64,000 nt of DNA from Octopus sinensis (lineage: Eukaryota). The stretch lies in contig NC_043001.1 of the NCBI RefSeq assembly GCF_006345805.1, positions 47,740,001 through 47,804,000 on the forward strand, read 5' to 3'. Position 1 is the stretch's first letter, and the number at the start of each line of letters is the position of its first letter. This document shows, piece by piece, positions 28,054 to 40,602 of the stretch. The position numbers and the translations under genes are program-made. The notes beneath the pieces are model-generated. The model did not search any database. It was not told the DNA's origin and saw nothing but the letters and a program-made list of their open reading frames with translations.

Positions 28054-28422
28054 CTAGCAGTATCGCCCGGCGTTGCTCGGGTTTGTTTCGACCCTTTAGA
28101 ATTGGAATTTTTGAAAAGTAAAAATGTTGCATTATGTAGCTTGTTATTCTCTTTAAGTGAACATTTTTCTGGTGAAAAATGGCGACACAGTAGTAAAAAA
28201 ATCGTAAAAAATAAGGAATTTCATAGAAAAAAAGCACATTTTTGATGTAAATGATTTTTGGTCTTAACATGGTCCGATTTGAATTTTATCTTCTACGAAA
28301 GGAAGAGCAAGCCTTCTTCTATCATACTCTCAATTTTGGTCAACTTGCGCTGCAGGGTCTCGGAGGAGATAGTGTTAGTTGAAGGCTACCAAACCTGCCA
28401 TACACAGATAACTTCAGCTTTA

Positions 28423-28430
<8 letters not shown>
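28054..28430 (-). mobile_element. Non-autonomous Helitron
   Basis: 3' end aaacccgagcaacgccgggcgatactgCTAG|T with a subterminal CCCG/CGGG hairpin; 5' end in (TA)n. Confidence 0.7.
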
Positions 28431-28475
<45 letters not shown>

Positions 28476-28514
28476 TAAAAAATGGAGTTAACGCAGGTTT
28501 AAACAAGTATTTTT

Positions 28515-28600
28515 ACTTTCTACACATGTTTCGAAAATTCCACTGATACTATTCAAAAGAATAAATGGTATAAACAATGCGATCTTCTCTTCGGGAAAGT
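28515..28600 (-). ncRNA. Type I hammerhead-like fold (U4C core variant), same family as 49599-49684
   Basis: ACUUUC-CCGAAGA-[GAAGAUCGCAUUG...CAGUGGAAUUUUC]-GAA-AC(AUGU)GU-A-GAAAGU: 6-bp stem I and G10.1-C11.1 pair. Confidence 0.6.
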
Positions 28601-29135
28601 GAAAAAAACGAAACTCGTCAATACGACATTTTAGCAAAAAATGATGGATTTGTATAGCGATAGACAGAACGCAATTAATATTGTTTAAAAAAACGTTATA
28701 TGATATAACGTCATAAGTAGCTAACAGAAAGAGTAGGGATATTAATAGTGAATGTTAAATATAAAGGAAATTAAAGTTTAAATTATATATAATGATAGAG
28801 ACTACTTATATACACTAAATGTATGTTTCTGCCAATGCTTACATCTGTATGCTCGTTCTATAACCGAAGAGAAGATTGCATTGTTTATACCATTTATTCT
28901 TTTGAATAGTATCAGTGGAATTTTCGAAACATGTGTAGAAAGTAAAAATACTTGTTTAAACCTGCGTTAACTCCATTTTTTATTCATATTATTCAAAATA
29001 TTCAACGTAAACACGTTTCAACCTTTATAAACAAGGAGTTACAACATATTTACTTGTGAGATTTTTGCTGCCCTGGTAACTATTTATTTATTTTTCCGTG
29101 TTAATTGTTAACAAGGTAAAAATACACTCATCTAT

Positions 29136-29211
<76 letters not shown>

Positions 29212-29270
29212 TTATATAGAAGGAGCTTCTACAGGACTAGAACTGTTTCATTCAAGAGAAATCATCAGGA

Positions 29271-29321
29271 AGCTTCCTGATGATTTCTCTTGAATGAAAC
29301 AGTTCTAGTCCTGTAGAAGCT
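29271..29321 (+). ncRNA. Type I hammerhead fold inside a perfect palindrome (mirror copy on - at 29224-29274)
   Basis: AGCUUC-CUGAUGA-U[UUC UCUU GAA]U-GAA-ACAG(UUCUAGUC)CUGU-A-GAAGCU: 6-bp stem I, 4-bp stem III, non-canonical U.U at the base of stem II. Confidence 0.6.
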
Positions 29322-29404
29322 CCTTCTATATAATAAATTAATTTTACTCTGCTATGTATTGAGTACCTTATTTACTGTGGTTAACCCCGAATCAACCCGG
29401 GACC

Positions 29405-29445
<41 letters not shown>

Positions 29446-29449
29446 TATA

Positions 29450-29490
<41 letters not shown>

Positions 29491-31976
29491 TGCCAACGCA
29501 CAAAACTCGAGATAAACGAATTTGATTTTTGAAATTTACGCCTCACAGAATGTCGTTCGTAAATAATAATAAAAATGAAAAATACAATTTATTACGAGAA
29601 ATAACTCAACTTTTAGAACCACAACTTCTCCCACTCTCTGTCTATTACAATCAATTTATCTCTCTGCATATATTTAGCATAATCTTTGACACTCATTCTC
29701 TTTGTATATGTATTAACTCACATATAAAACCTCGTTTTTTAATGTCTACTTTCAACTTTATGATAGACAGCTTATGCACAGAGTGCTTAGGTTCCAAATC
29801 CTATTTTCTGATTCGCTAAAAATAATCAAATTTTAAACAACACTGACAATTTTTTATAAAATTTTTCTGGAATAAATGAATCACAAAATTTGGATTCGAA
29901 CATTTTCACCTAATTTTAAAATTCCAAAATCAGTTACAACGACAGAAAAGATCTCTCTCTCTCTCTCTCCCTCTCTTTCTCTCTCCATTTGTCTCTTTCA
30001 TTTTCAGTGGTAAACTTTTTCACTTCCTATAAAAGTATATCGCTCACGTTGAGTGAGTGTGTGTGTGAGTGTGTGTGTGTGTGTGTGTGTCAGTGTGTGT
30101 GTGTTTGCCAGTGTGTGTGTCAATGTGTGTGTTTGTCCGTGTGTGTATGCATGTGATTTAAATATGAAGTATGTAAAAGATAATTTATTTTGATAACATA
30201 CTTTTCTGTTAGTAAATAGTTTTTGTTACACACACACACACATACACACACAAACTATTTCTTTACTGCCCACAAGGGGCTAAACACAGAAGAGACAAAC
30301 AAGGACAGACAAACCGATTAAGTCGATTATATCGACCCCAGTACATAACTGGTACTTATTTAATCGACCCGAAAGGATGAAAGGCAAAGTCGACCTCGGC
30401 GGAATTTGAACTCAGAACGTAACGGCAGACGAAATGTGGCTACGCATTTCGTCCGGCGTGCTAACGTTTCTGCCAGCTCGCCGCCTTAACACACACACAA
30501 ACATACACACACACACACACACTCATGCGCGCGCACACACGTCGCGCATGAGCCCGCCTGGTTGATACGGGTGGGGTTAGAGAATTTTTTTGTTGTTGTT
30601 ACTTAAATCTCAGTACTTAAATGCGCGACCACATCATCATTCCAAAAAATATGTTTATGGATGGAAAATATTGAGAAACATCAAAACATCCCAGAATGAC
30701 AAAGAAACGAAGGTACCAGGTGGTTGTGGGATGTGCTAGAAGCAACAGCTAAATCTCCTTCAAATCACCTTTTCATCTGAAAACTATTTTGAAATTATAA
30801 ACAGAAACAAATTGTAGATTTGCACTGTCGTCGTCTTCGTCATCCTCATCATTATCATCATCACTCCCATCACCACCGCAACAACCACCACCAACACCGA
30901 CACAACCACCACCACCACCGCCACCGAAGCACCATCTCATACACAGAAATCAGTACCATAATAACAATTTCTTTTATTTGCCACAGGGGCATAAATGGAG
31001 GGGGACGTCACAAGGACAATCTCCAGAGGGTGAAATGCGATTAAAGTATATATAGTATACATAGTTTGTGATAACATGAATGAGGCAGTCCTCCAGATAC
31101 AAGAGAATTTCCAACAAATGATAATCGAGAAACTTTACAAATAAGGATTGCTTTGCCCACAAAAAGCATGATCCTTCGACCAACTGTTGTTCCCTACTCT
31201 CCAGGCGCATTGTTACAGCAGTTCTATTCGCCCTAAGTATTTTTCCACAGTTACTCACCTTTTCACAAATTCACTGAGAAGTAGCATACCCTTCTCCACC
31301 CTCACTTTTCTTTCCAAGTGTTATTTGAAAAAGACATCGGGCGTTTGATCAAAGAGGAAGAGGAAAGTGTCTTTCCTGTATCCTATCATATAACCCTTGT
31401 CACAGGCGCCACAACTACACTGTCAGTTAGCTCCCTTATATTTTACATGTTCACCTCGTCCTCTTCTCAATATTTCGATTCTTAGAAGGCGGTGAGCAGG
31501 CAGAATCGTTAGCACGCCGAGCAAAATTCTCAGCGGCATTTCGTCTGTCTTTACATTTTGAGTTCAAATTCTGCAGAGGTCGACTTTGCCTTCCATCATT
31601 TCGGGGTCGATAAAATAAGTACCAACTGAACACTCTGGTTAATGTAATCCCTGAAATTGCTGGTCTTGTGCCAAAAATTTGGAAGCAATATTTTCATTCT
31701 GGTTTTCCAATAAAGACAACAAAAACAACAATATTAACAATAACAAAAACACTAAAAATTATAACAATAGCAATAACAACAACAATAATAGTAACAACAA
31801 CAAGAGCATTTAACGTTATTAATGGCAACAACATGAACAAGAGCATCAATAATCTTTATGACAGTTACAGTAAATATAAACATTGACAGCCAAAACGAGA
31901 TGTCGACAATCACATCCATAACAACAACAACACTGAACACAATGACTGCAGTAGCAATGATAATAACAGCAGAGAC

Positions 31977-32490
31977 GGTGGAGGCGCAATGGCCCAGTGG
32001 TTAGGGCAGCAGACTCGCGGTCGTAAGAACGCGGTTTCGATTCCCAGACCGGGCATTGTGAGTGTTTATTGAGCAAAATCACCTAAGCTCCACGACGCTC
32101 CGGCGGGGGAGGGGTGGTGAACCCCGCTGTACTCTTTCACCACAACTTTCTCTCACTTCCCACTTCTGTCACAAAGCTGAGGAACCATGGTGTAAACCAC
32201 TATGGTGTGGTAAACTTTCAGACCCTAGTCTAGATTGCGAATACTCTGTACTCCAGGATGGTTCAGCTCTCCACCTGTTAAAAGCCACCGTTTACGGAAT
32301 GAGGATAACAACGTAGCTTTCGAACCCGTGCAACCGCCAGTCTATTGCGTGTGCTGGGTGGATCTTCAAGTTGCCTCACACATTCTTAGTAGCTTAAAGT
32401 AGGCTCAAATTAGAGATTATTCTTTGTGGCTAATAGCGTGAGTCCTGACTGGAAGAAGAAGAAGAAGAAGAAGAAGAAGAAGAAGAGGAC
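31977..32490 (+). mobile_element. tRNA-derived SINE, head type D with tail 2, (GAA)n end
   Basis: Same head as 61932 but a different 3' block of about 300 bp, shared with 279-783. Confidence 0.85.
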
Positions 32491-33276
32491 GACAACAACA
32501 ACCTACAAATAGCAAACACGAAAAGCATAATTGCAATCACAAACACAATAACAGCATTAAGGAAACGATCTGGCAGAGTCGTTAATATGCAGGGCAAAAT
32601 GCTTAGCAGTGCTTCGCTCGTCATTATGTTCTGAGTTCAAATTCCACCGAGATCGACAATGCCTTTTATCCTTTCTGGATCGATAAAATAATTACCAGTT
32701 GAGTACTGGGGTCGATGTAATCGATTTACAACCGCCGCCCCAAATTGCTGGCCTTGCCGTCCCAAAATTTGAAATCAATTATAATAACAGCTTTAATGCT
32801 ACTACATGACATTAACAAGAACAACAACGTCGAAGACGACAGCAAGTAAATAGCATGCATGACATTCACAACAACAACAACAACCTCAAAGAGCACAACA
32901 ACAATCGAAACGATCTCCACCACCACCACCACCACCGCCACGGCAACAGTTAATACAATAACAATCGCTGAAACAACGACTGTAGTAATCACACAACTAC
33001 AAGAAACTAGCAACAATCACGTTCGCAACAACTCGACCACAAACACCACACAATATTAATGACAACAGCAATAGCAATGACGAAAATAATTACAACACCA
33101 AACAAACAAGACAACTACTAAACGAAACGGCATAACAACAACAACAACAACAACACCAATTAAAACAATAACAACTATACTACTACTACTGCTACTGCTG
33201 CTGTTGTTGTTAAGCAACAAGACGGGTAAGGGTGATTAGGTGATGGTCTAGGGCTTAGGGGCGGGAGACCACAGAC

Positions 33277-33415
33277 CTTGGAAAAAAATAACTTTGGTCG
33301 TCTTGTAGTCGAGGGCTCTTCGTTGACGCCCAACGCCACTGGGAGGTGGCCCTCGAAGTCGCTGGAAATGGAGATCTCCAGGTCCAAATTCTTGAACGGC
33401 TGCATTCGCTTGCTG
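33277..33415 (-). CDS. Internal coding exon of an unidentified minus-strand gene (SKRMQPFKNLDLEISISSDFEGHLPVALGVNEEPSTTRRPKLFFSK)
   Basis: Acceptor tctgtcttttgttgattcgcttgcag| (NAGNAG), open frame with strongly G/C-ending codons in AT-rich surroundings, donor AAG|GT, ends in phase 0. Confidence 0.6.
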
Positions 33416-33774
33416 CTGCAAGCGAATCAACAAAAGACAGAACCTGTATGTGGTAGCTCTACCTGCAAGATATAGTAACCGAATATCCCTCAAACCACAC
33501 CCTACTGTTTGAAGAAGGGAAGAAACGCGTTGGACATTGCAGTGTAACCTGTTATGCGAAAGGATTGGATGGTCATGACTGGTATGCTTTTGATCCTGTA
33601 TATTCCAGCACGACTCACCTGTGGTTAAGCAGTAACAGCGACAACTCTCAGGAGAAGCTGAGACGTGGTCACATGACCGGCTAGGAATAGCACCCAAATT
33701 TCCTCAAATCGTATCGCACGTCTTTGAGAAAGGGACGCCTCATAGTATAATCTTGTCGTAAATATACAAATATA

Positions 33775-33991
33775 TGAAATGGTGCTGAAAAGTTCCTGGC
33801 TTTAAGGGTGTCGCAAAAGGCCTGGTTGGAGGCCCAACCTTTCGAGTTCTTTTACAGGGCTTAGAAAACCTGAAGGACCGCTGCATTAAGCGTGTGAATC
33901 TGAGAGGGGTATGTGCTGAATAAAATCCTAATAAACTGAATCTCCTGCATTCTCTTTTACCCAAAGCCAGGAAATTTTCAGCACCACCTCA
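33775..33991 (+). mobile_element. 217-bp mariner-derived MITE, copy 1
   Basis: TIR tgaaatggtgctgaaaagttcctggcttt / (rc) tgaggtggtgctgaaaatttcctggcttt, TA ends; internal GLENLKDRCIKRVNLRGVCAE* resembles a mariner C-terminus. Confidence 0.75.
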
Positions 33992-34103
33992 TATGTATAC
34001 ACACACATACACACACATTTATACATACATACATACATACATAAATACATGCATACATACACACACACACACACACATACACAGACACATTTATAAATAC
34101 ATA

Positions 34104-34320
34104 CAAGGGGGTGGTGAAAAGTTTCTGGCTTTAATGGTATCGCAAAAGGCCTGATTGGAGGCCCAATCCCCTGAGTTCTTTTACAAGGCTTAGAAAACCC
34201 GAGGGACCACTGCAATAAGTGTGTGAATCTGAAAGGGGTATATGCTGGATAAAACCATAATTAACTGATCCTCCAGGATTTTCTCTTACCCAAAGCCAGG
34301 AACTTTTCAGTACCACCTCG
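34104..34320 (+). mobile_element. 217-bp mariner-derived MITE, copy 2
   Basis: Same length, TIRs and internal sequence as 33775-33991, diverged. Confidence 0.75.
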
Positions 34321-34379
34321 TATATAAATAAGTAAATGGAATGGTCACGGCTGAAACGGTCAAGACCAGCTTAAATCTA

Positions 34380-34790
34380 AACACTAAGAACAACTGCACT
34401 AACAATAAAAACAGCACTAACAACAACAAAAACTGCACTAACATCAACGACTGCACTAACAACAACAACTCCACTAACAACAATAAATGTACTAACAACA
34501 GCAAAAACCGCACTAACAATAACAACCGCACTAACAACAACAAAAACCGCACTAACAACAACAACCGCACTAACAACAACAATAGCTGCACTAACAACAA
34601 CTGCACTAACAACAACAAAAACCGTACTAACAACAACAACCGCACTAACAACAACAAAAACTGCACTAACAACAACAACAACTGCACTAACAACAACAAC
34701 TGCACTAACAACAACAACTGCACTAACAACAACAACTGCACTAACAACAATAACTGCGCCAACAATAGCACCGTAAACAATAAATAACCA
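34380..34790. repeat. (AAC)n-TGCACT minisatellite
   Basis: Roughly 15-bp unit aacaacaactgcact; stop-free in several frames for compositional reasons. Confidence 0.85.
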
Positions 34791-35019
34791 CATCATCCCT
34801 AACACAAAACAACGGCAGCAGCATGCACAACAACAACTACAACAACAACGTCAGTATCAACACAATAACCACGGGGGCATCCATGTTGACAAGAACAATA
34901 ACAACAACAACAACAATATTTACAATATTGGCAACAACACCCACAACATTACGGTAACTAGCAACAACAAAAACGATAACAACACAATACCATCATCACA
35001 ACCTACCACCACCACCACC

Positions 35020-35521
35020 ACCACCACCATCACTACCATACTCACGCCCCTCTACCAAGAGCAATAAGAACCACAACCACACTCATATCCACAATAGCAA
35101 TTCTTTCCCGCACCACCGCAAATCATCGCCACCACCCACTACAACACACGCCCACAATCCACACTATTAGCAAACCATCACAACATTCATAGCAATAACA
35201 ACTAAACCCTCCACAATTATTACCATCGCCAGTAACAACTCCACCACCACCACCACCACCACTACCACCACCACCACCACCACCACCACCACCATCACTA
35301 CCATACTCACGCCCCTCTACCAAGAGCAATAAGAACCACAACCACACTCATATCCACAATAGCAATTCTTTCCCGCACCACCGCAAATCATCGCCACCAC
35401 CCACTACAACACACGCCCACAATCCACACTATTAGCAAACCATCACAACATTCATAGCAATAACAACTAAACCCTCCACAATTATTACCATCGCCAGTAA
35501 CAACTCCACCACCACCACCAT
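35020..35521. repeat. 265-bp tandem duplication within a (CCA)n-rich tract
   Basis: ctcacgcccctctaccaagagc... starts at both 35041 and 35306. Confidence 0.85.
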
Positions 35522-36084
35522 CAAGTCCACCACCAGCATCAGCACCAACACCACCATCACCACCACCACTACCACCACCACCACCACCACCGACGGCAAC
35601 AACTTCCACTACCACCACCACGATCGCCACCACCGCCGCCGCCACCACCACCACCACCACCACCACCACCACCACCACCACCTACGGCAACATCTTCCAC
35701 TACCACCACCACGATCGCCATCACCGCCGCCACCACCACCACCACCATCACCACCACCACCACCGACGGCAACATCTTCCACTACCACCACCACCACGAT
35801 CGCCATCACCGCCACCACCACCACTACCACTACCACGATCGCCCCCACCGCCGCCCCCCCCCCCCCCCCACCGCCGCCGCCACCACCGCCGCCACCACCA
35901 CCACCACCATCACCAACAACAACAACAACAACAACAGCAGCAACAACAATAATAACAACAGCATATGTGACAATAAACATGACAATTCTTTCGCATTTAT
36001 TTTGTTGTGACTTGTTCAAAAGTTGTTTATTTTTATCATTATTTAATATTTTCTATATCGCTTTTATTTTTACTCGTGTTGTCA

Positions 36085-36160
36085 CGCGCTGTCAATGCCA
36101 GCGCCCCCTAGCAACAAAGTTGGCAGCTGGTCACGTGTGTGAACAGGTGAATACCCTCCT
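36085..36160. promoter_or_regulatory. Candidate cis-regulatory motif cluster
   Basis: CTGTCA (TALE-type site, rc TGACAG), CCCTAGCAAC (RFX half-site-like) and E-boxes CAGCTG, CACGTG, CAGGTG within about 70 bp of unique sequence. Motif match only. Confidence 0.3.
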
Positions 36161-36424
36161 CCCCCTTTTTCCTCCTACCACAGTGCTGCTCTCTCCCGGA
36201 TCCAACGGTGTGACGTTCACTCGTTCACTCTCTTCTCCGTCTTCCCTATATTTTGTTCGTTATTGCGTTTTTCGTTTCGACGTTGCGTCGTGTTCTCACA
36301 CAACGAAGACGACGATGACGACGATGATGATGTAGATGATAATGATGATGATGATGGTGGTGGTGGTATATGACCATGTTGATGATGAAGACGAATCATG
36401 ACAATGATAATTCTAGAGATAACG

Positions 36425-36481
<57 letters not shown>

Positions 36482-36588
36482 CTATACACATCTATCCATA
36501 CATACACGTATACACACACTCACACACATACACACACATTCACACTCATACACTCATATATATATATAAATACATACATACATTAATA

Positions 36589-36620
<32 letters not shown>

Positions 36621-36819
36621 GTATGTATATATGGGTAAATATATTACATATACAATATGCATGTATGTATCATACGTCAATACAAATGAATTCACACACA
36701 CACACACACACACACAGATATATCTCAAAAGTAACATTCAATACATGTATTTAATGGTAGAGCTGAGTCAAACTGTTACATATAGAAAGATATATATATA
36801 TATGTGTGTGGTGTGTGTG

Positions 36820-36855
<36 letters not shown>

Positions 36856-37229
36856 ATGTGAATGTTGTTGCTTGAATGTTTTTGGTACACTAACACACAA
36901 ATACAGAGAGCTTTTGTATAAATTGTTATTCATGTTCTTAGTACGTTAAACGGTCGATTGCATATATAGTCATATACAGTTATGTGTGAACGTATGTACG
37001 TATATACATACATCAGCAGGTGTGGGTGTGTGGTGAAAAGCCTGCTTCTCGACCTCATGCTTCTGAGTCCAGTACCACTGCGTGGCACCTTAGGCAAGTG
37101 TCGATGAAGGGAGAGGGTGGAAAGGAGAAAGTGAGTAGGAATGAAGGGTGGTGGTAGGTGCCAGAGCAAGAGAGGAGAGGTGGTTGGGAGGCAGTAGTTG
37201 TGAGAGGAAGAGAGGAGAGAGGAGGAGGG

Positions 37230-38070
37230 TTATGTAAAGAAAGGAGGAGAGTTAAGCCCATGTGGCGCAAAGGAGCGAAGTGAGAAGATTAATCCCTGCT
37301 CACGGTGAAGACCGTGAGCAGTGAGTCCGGATAGCCCCTGTGCACGGACAAACCGAACACAGCCAGGTGCTGTAAAGAGTGGCCGGTAGAGCGGAAAAGG
37401 CGTGCGACCGGGGTGTGGTTGCAGAGTCGGATGTCTCGGAGGTGCTCCGCGAACCGGTCAGTCAAGCGGCGTCCCGTTCGACCGATGTATAGAGAAGGAC
37501 AGAGAGAGCAGGAGATGCAGTAGATGACGTTGCTAGAAGTGCTGGTGAAGGAGTCAGTGATATGATAGGGTCGATGATTGGTGCCCGTGAGGGGGGTAGT
37601 GTTGGAGAGGTAAGGGCAAGTGCAACAACGTGGACAGGAGGAGGGGAATGAGCTGGGTTGGGAGGTTGGGTTAGAGAAGAAGCTGTGGACCAAGATGTCT
37701 CGTAGGTTGTGGGTTCGTTTGAAGGAGGGGAGGGGTCAGTTAGGGAAGATGTGCGAAGTGGAGGGGTCGGATTGGAGTCGCCGGAATGCTCGGAGAATAG
37801 TGCATTGGTGGGGTGGTAATTGAGGGGAAACGAGTGACGGCGGGGCGGGTGCGAGGGAGAGAGTAGATGCACGGTGTGGATAGTGGTGAGGGGATATCCA
37901 TGTAGGATGAAGTAGCAAGTCATAAGTTAAGACTGAGTCTCAAAGTCATGGTTGTTACTGCAGAGCCTGCGTACACAGAGGAATTGGGAATAGGGGATGG
38001 AGAGCTTGGTGTGTTTAGGGTGGGAGGAGGAGAAGTTGAGGCATGAGTGTGGGTCTCTGTGTTTGTAGTG
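37230..38070 (-). mobile_element. Penelope-like element fragment (RT C-terminus/linker and GIY-YIG)
   Basis: YHPTN, PSFKRTHNLRDILVH, CPRCCTCPY, NVIYCISCSLCPSLYIGRTGRRLTDRFAEHL in shifted frames. Confidence 0.87.
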
Positions 38071-38085
38071 GATGGAGGTGGTGAT

Positions 38086-38149
<64 letters not shown>

Positions 38150-38152
<3 letters not shown>

Positions 38153-38662
38153 ATATATATAAAACTGTAGTTGTGTGAGTGTCTGTCCCCTTCGATTTAG
38201 ATTCCTAACTACTCCCACATTTTGCGGTGCAGTTAAACCAAAACCGGGTATCTTGTAGTCGTGATTCATATCGAGCCCGTCTGAGTATTAGCGCGCGTCT
38301 ACGATGAGTCTACGATTTTAAAAATAATTTAACATCATTTTTTATTCCATTTTAATGCATAATTTTTCGTGTGTCGATGGCGTCGGAGTTGGCGTCCACG
38401 GTCACACCTGCACCTGTTTGCTTCTCCCCCTTCTTCCATCCCTCATGAAGCTGTGGGGAAGGGAGTGTAAGGAAATCAACGTCGTAAAGCGTTGTCAAGG
38501 AGACCAGCGTTCTTTTAGAACAACGACTTCATGGCTTGAAGACACCAAAACAGAAATGGCTAAGAAAGCCCGAATTGGCATCTATAAGGGAAGTAACTCT
38601 CTAAAAATGCTTATATAGTTATTTCCCTTACAAACCCGAGCAACGTCGGGTGATACTGCTAG
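38150..38662 (+). mobile_element. Non-autonomous Helitron
   Basis: 3' end aaacccgagcaacgtcgggtgatactgCTAG|T; 5' end in (TA)n. Confidence 0.7.
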
Positions 38663-39975
38663 TATATATATATATATGCCGTTTCATAACGCCCTACGTA
38701 TGGAGCAACGTTTGAAATCTAAATGTTATACATGTATACATATGTGTTTGTGTGTATAAGTGCGTGTGTGTATGAGTGCGTGTGTGTATCAGCTTATAGG
38801 GGCCTAGGTAAAAAATAAAGTAATGAAAGATAATTTTCATTGTAGGTGAATTCAAAATGAATTCAAAATCTTTACTAATGAACGTAAAATGCAAAATAAT
38901 ATCTGTATAAAATCCACTTATATTACAAAATTTACTGAAAAGTGATAGGTGGTATTAAATGAAAAGAAGTTAAAATCATTCCGAGTGTATTTTAAATTAA
39001 ATGAGGTGGTATCAAAAAGTTCTCAGACTAGTTATGTTTAATAAAAAATAAAAAATTACTCGTAAATAAAAGTATAATTAAAGAAAAGGATACATTTTAA
39101 ATATTCTCACTCTTCAGTGGTATAATTTTCATGAAGCATTGTCTGATATAAATGTTTTTAATTATTTCTTTTAAAACCAAAATAATGTAAGTTCTAAAAA
39201 ATGTTATAATACCAATAATATAGGCGCAGGCGTGACTGTGTGGTAAGAAGCTTGCTTGCCAACCACATAGTTCCGGGTTCAGTACCAATGCGTAGTACTA
39301 CCAAAGACTTATGAGTGGATTTGGTAAATGGAAACTTAAAGAAGCCTGTCGTATATATGTATATGTGTATGTGTGTGTGAGCACGTGTATTTGTATCAGT
39401 GTTTTTCCACCCCCTCCACCATCACTCGACAACCGGTGCTGGTGTGTTGTACGTCTCAGTAACTTAGCGGTTCCTAATAAAAGACCGATAGAATAAGTAT
39501 CGGGCTTTTAAAAATAAGTACTTGGGTCAATAAATTCGACTAGAAATTCGTCATGGCGGTGCCCCAGCATGGCTGCAGTCCAATAACTGAAACAAGTAAA
39601 AAAAAAAAACGATAAAAGAATACTGATCGATGGTTACTTCTACCTGGTATTGTAATATTTCGGAGTCAGGATCTCTTCTTCAGGAAATCTGCGGAGAAAA
39701 AGTCTCGATGGCTGACTTTTCCGTATAAGGGTCTTAACTGTGAATTGTTGAAATACCAGCTAAAAGTACTAACCGTCGACCTATATTACTATTTTTTATA
39801 ACTTGCATTGTTTTGGTTTTAAAAATATAATTAAAACCAATTATATATTCTCACATTTGTAAAAATAGAATGGAAACGAAGGAAATAGGTATCATATGTA
39901 TATCAAATATACACATCAGCAAACTAGCCATAACTAGTACAATTAGTAAAAATAGTAAGACAGCTTTCCAAGACT

Positions 39976-40096
<121 letters not shown>

Positions 40097-40123
40097 TGTG
40101 TGTGTGTGTGTGAGAGAGAGAGA

Positions 40124-40158
<35 letters not shown>

Positions 40159-40209
40159 TGTGTGTGTGAGAGAGAGAGACAGAGAGTGTGTGTGTGTGTG
40201 TGTGTGTAT

Positions 40210-40602
40210 GCAGGAGTGGCTGTGTGGTAAGTAGCTTGTTTACCACCCACACGGTTCCGGGTTCAGTCCCACTGCGTGGCACCTTGGGCAAGTGTCTTCT
40301 GCTATAGCCTCGGGCCGACCAAAGCCTTGTGAGTAGATTTGGTAGACGGAAACTGAAAGAAGCCCGTCGTATATATGTGTATATATATATATGCGTGTGT
40401 GTGTTTGTGTGTCTGTGTTTGTCCCCTAGCATTGCTTGACAACCGATGCTGGTGTGTTTATGTCACCGTTACTTAGCGGTTCGGCAAAAGAGACCGATAG
40501 AATAAGTACTGGGCATACAAAAGAATAAGTCCCGGGGTCGAGTTGCTCGATTAAAGGCGGTGCTCCAGCATGACCGCAGTCAAGTGACTGAAACAAGTAA
40601 AA
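40210..40602 (+). mobile_element. SINE type A (tRNA head, internal TA/TG microsatellite, conserved tail); copies at about 9600-9985, 11250-11510, 19404-19850, 39222-39600, 45727-46122 plus 48311-48346, 57499-57875, 59560-60110, 60860-61410
   Basis: gcaggagtggctgtgtggtaag...ggttcagtcccactgcgtggcaccttgggcaag...[microsatellite]...aaggcggtgctccagcatggccgcagtc recurs on both strands. Confidence 0.88.

Noticed and set aside
31244-31310. Minus-strand exon ending AAG|GTGAGT at about 31259
   Set aside because: It has a stop in the phase needed to fit between the 33277 and 14045 exons, and the acceptor is weak.
34341-34805. Asn/Thr/Cys-rich ORF and the antisense Leu/Val-rich ORFs
   Set aside because: The AAC-based minisatellite is stop-free in several frames on both strands, with no splice or domain evidence.
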